From Microthyrium microscopicum (lineage: Eukaryota): a DNA stretch of 64,000 nucleotides. Below the pieces are notes generated by a model. That model was not told where the DNA came from and ran no database searches. It saw nothing but the letters and a program-made list of their open reading frames with translations. The stretch is from the NCBI GenBank assembly GCA_010405405.1, contig MU004232.1, forward strand, positions 2,611,038-2,675,037, given 5' to 3'. Numbering within the stretch: position 1 is the first letter of the stretch; each line of letters begins with the position of its first letter. Positions 62,783-64,000 of the stretch are shown here, piece after piece. Both the position numbers and the translations under genes were made by a program.

Positions 62783-64000
62783 TCAGTCCCAGTTCGTCAG
62801 ACCACTTTCATATTCTAGGCCTGCCTTTTCCATCCACTCGTGGCAAAACGTCATGCCGAAACGAACTGCTTGAGAAGGCGTCATCGTCTCATTCACCGGT
62901 AGATAGAATGATGTTGCAATACCCTTGGACTGTAGCAAATCGTCGCTTTTAGGTTCTTCAACCCGTCTCTGGGCACCAGCTGCACTCGTGACCGGGAATT
63001 CTTGCTCAATCTTACCATGCGGTAACTTGAATTGCGCATGGTTGAGATAGGTTATACCATCGGTCTGCAGCTTGACTGCTTTTGCCGGCAAAGTCTCCAT
63101 CAGTGTCGAGGGCGATTCGTCCGAAGGTGTGCCAGTGTTGCTAGGACCATCATTTGTAACAGGTACAATGGTCTCAACGTTGAATTTGGCAGCAGCGATC
63201 ACAAGATGAGCCATCATGTTTGTGTGTGCGCGATAGTTGACGATGTACGTAAGATAGTGACGAAGTCCTTCGAGGTCAGGGTGGTTTCTTGTGATGTGCT
63301 TGGCAAAATTGATCAGAGGGAACAGCGTGCACCAGCTTCCATTATAATCTTCTGGTAAGCCACGAAGACGGAGACGAGCGTCATTGAAGCTATACGCTAC
63401 CATGTATGACATGACAGATTCGAGAGTGAGCACAGCTTTGCGCTTGTAATCTGGAGAATTTACGTCGTCGGTTTTAATAGCCTGGGATCGATGCTTGAGT
63501 TCTCGACCACGAGCATTGTATTTCTTTGACCACTCAGCAAGCTCAGATGCGTTGGCTGATCTGCTTGGGTTCACATTTGAGGACTTGGTAATACGGTCAG
63601 TGGCGGTTCGCGGTGGTGGTAGAGGCGTAAGATTGCGCGGTGTTGACAAGTGACTGGTGTTGGAGGTTGATCGTTGCATCGAGGTTGAAACTTCTTTGGG
63701 TGTGAGTAGTTGACGTTTACGTTGCGAGTCGACTCCATTCTGCGATGGCTGTGAAGGAGTGGAAGGTTCATCTGGTGAGCTGGAGCCATTCTTATGCCCA
63801 TTAGCGGTTCCATTTGCAGATTTGAGCTTCTTTGCGGGATGTGATGTTGGAGCCTTCTCGGCAAGTCGCTTTTTGTTGTTCTCAGGAGTAGCAAGATCAG
63901 AGTTGGGAGGTTTCTTTCCCGCTGAGGGACGAGGAGATAGTGGACGTGTAGTGCGTGGCTTGGGACTGTCGTCGTGCTTCTTCTCTCTGCTCGAGAAAGG
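62783..64000 (-). CDS. C-terminal part of a large protein, possibly Ell-binding Ebp1-like; runs off the window
   Basis: Frame appears open to the window edge; disordered region followed by helical domain GRELKH..AVLTLESVMSYMVAY..W.TL.PL. Confidence 0.6.
   Translation of the reverse strand, partial: PFSSREKKHDDSPKPRTTRPLSPRPSAGKKPPNSDLATPENNKKRLAEKAPTSHPAKKLKSANGTANGHKNGSSSPDEPSTPSQPSQNGVDSQRKRQLLTPKEVSTSMQRSTSNTSHLSTPRNLTPLPPPRTATDRITKSSNVNPSRSANASELAEWSKKYNARGRELKHRSQAIKTDDVNSPDYKRKAVLTLESVMSYMVAYSFNDARLRLRGLPEDYNGSWCTLFPLINFAKHITRNHPDLEGLRHYLTYIVNYRAHTNMMAHLVIAAAKFNVETIVPVTNDGPSNTGTPSDESPSTLMETLPAKAVKLQTDGITYLNHAQFKLPHGKIEQEFPVTSAAGAQRRVEEPKSDDLLQSKGIATSFYLPVNETMTPSQAVRFGMTFCHEWMEKAGLEYESGLTNWD

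Noticed and set aside
1..64000. Many antisense/overlapping short ORFs; tRNA, rRNA, CRISPR, transposons
   Set aside because: The short ORFs shadow real genes; no cloverleaf, rRNA signature, spaced direct repeats or transposase motifs were seen by eye

Overview
Gene-dense eukaryotic DNA from a filamentous ascomycete (Pezizomycotina-type ~50-nt GT-AG introns with CTRAC/CTAAY branch sites). About 30 protein-coding genes: housekeeping genes (SF3B2/Cus1, M1 aminopeptidase, PEX12, CRT10-like, CENP-I/Mis6, mitochondrial GGQ release-factor homologue, SPT small subunit), enzymes and transporters (MFS efflux pump, aldo-keto reductase, Baeyer-Villiger-type monooxygenase, SulP permease, SDR, AIM9-like phosphotransferase, a succinyl-CoA synthetase alpha-beta fusion), secreted proteins and F-box-like orphans. 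I found no rRNA, tRNA, intact transposon or secondary-metabolite core gene. The most striking feature is in the 5' part of the CRT10-like gene. Two unusually long introns of identical predicted length (294 nt each) are imperfect reverse complements of each other and bracket an in-frame 54-nt cassette (an 11-nt micro-exon plus a 43-nt exon). This is a candidate RNA-structure-controlled exon-skipping or back-splicing switch. Other candidates: a GC-AG donor needed to make the SCS fusion, a UGA-CUAG readthrough context followed by 71 open sense codons, and several probable dual-targeted enzymes. Exon boundaries were inferred by eye and family names from recalled motifs; no database searches were run.
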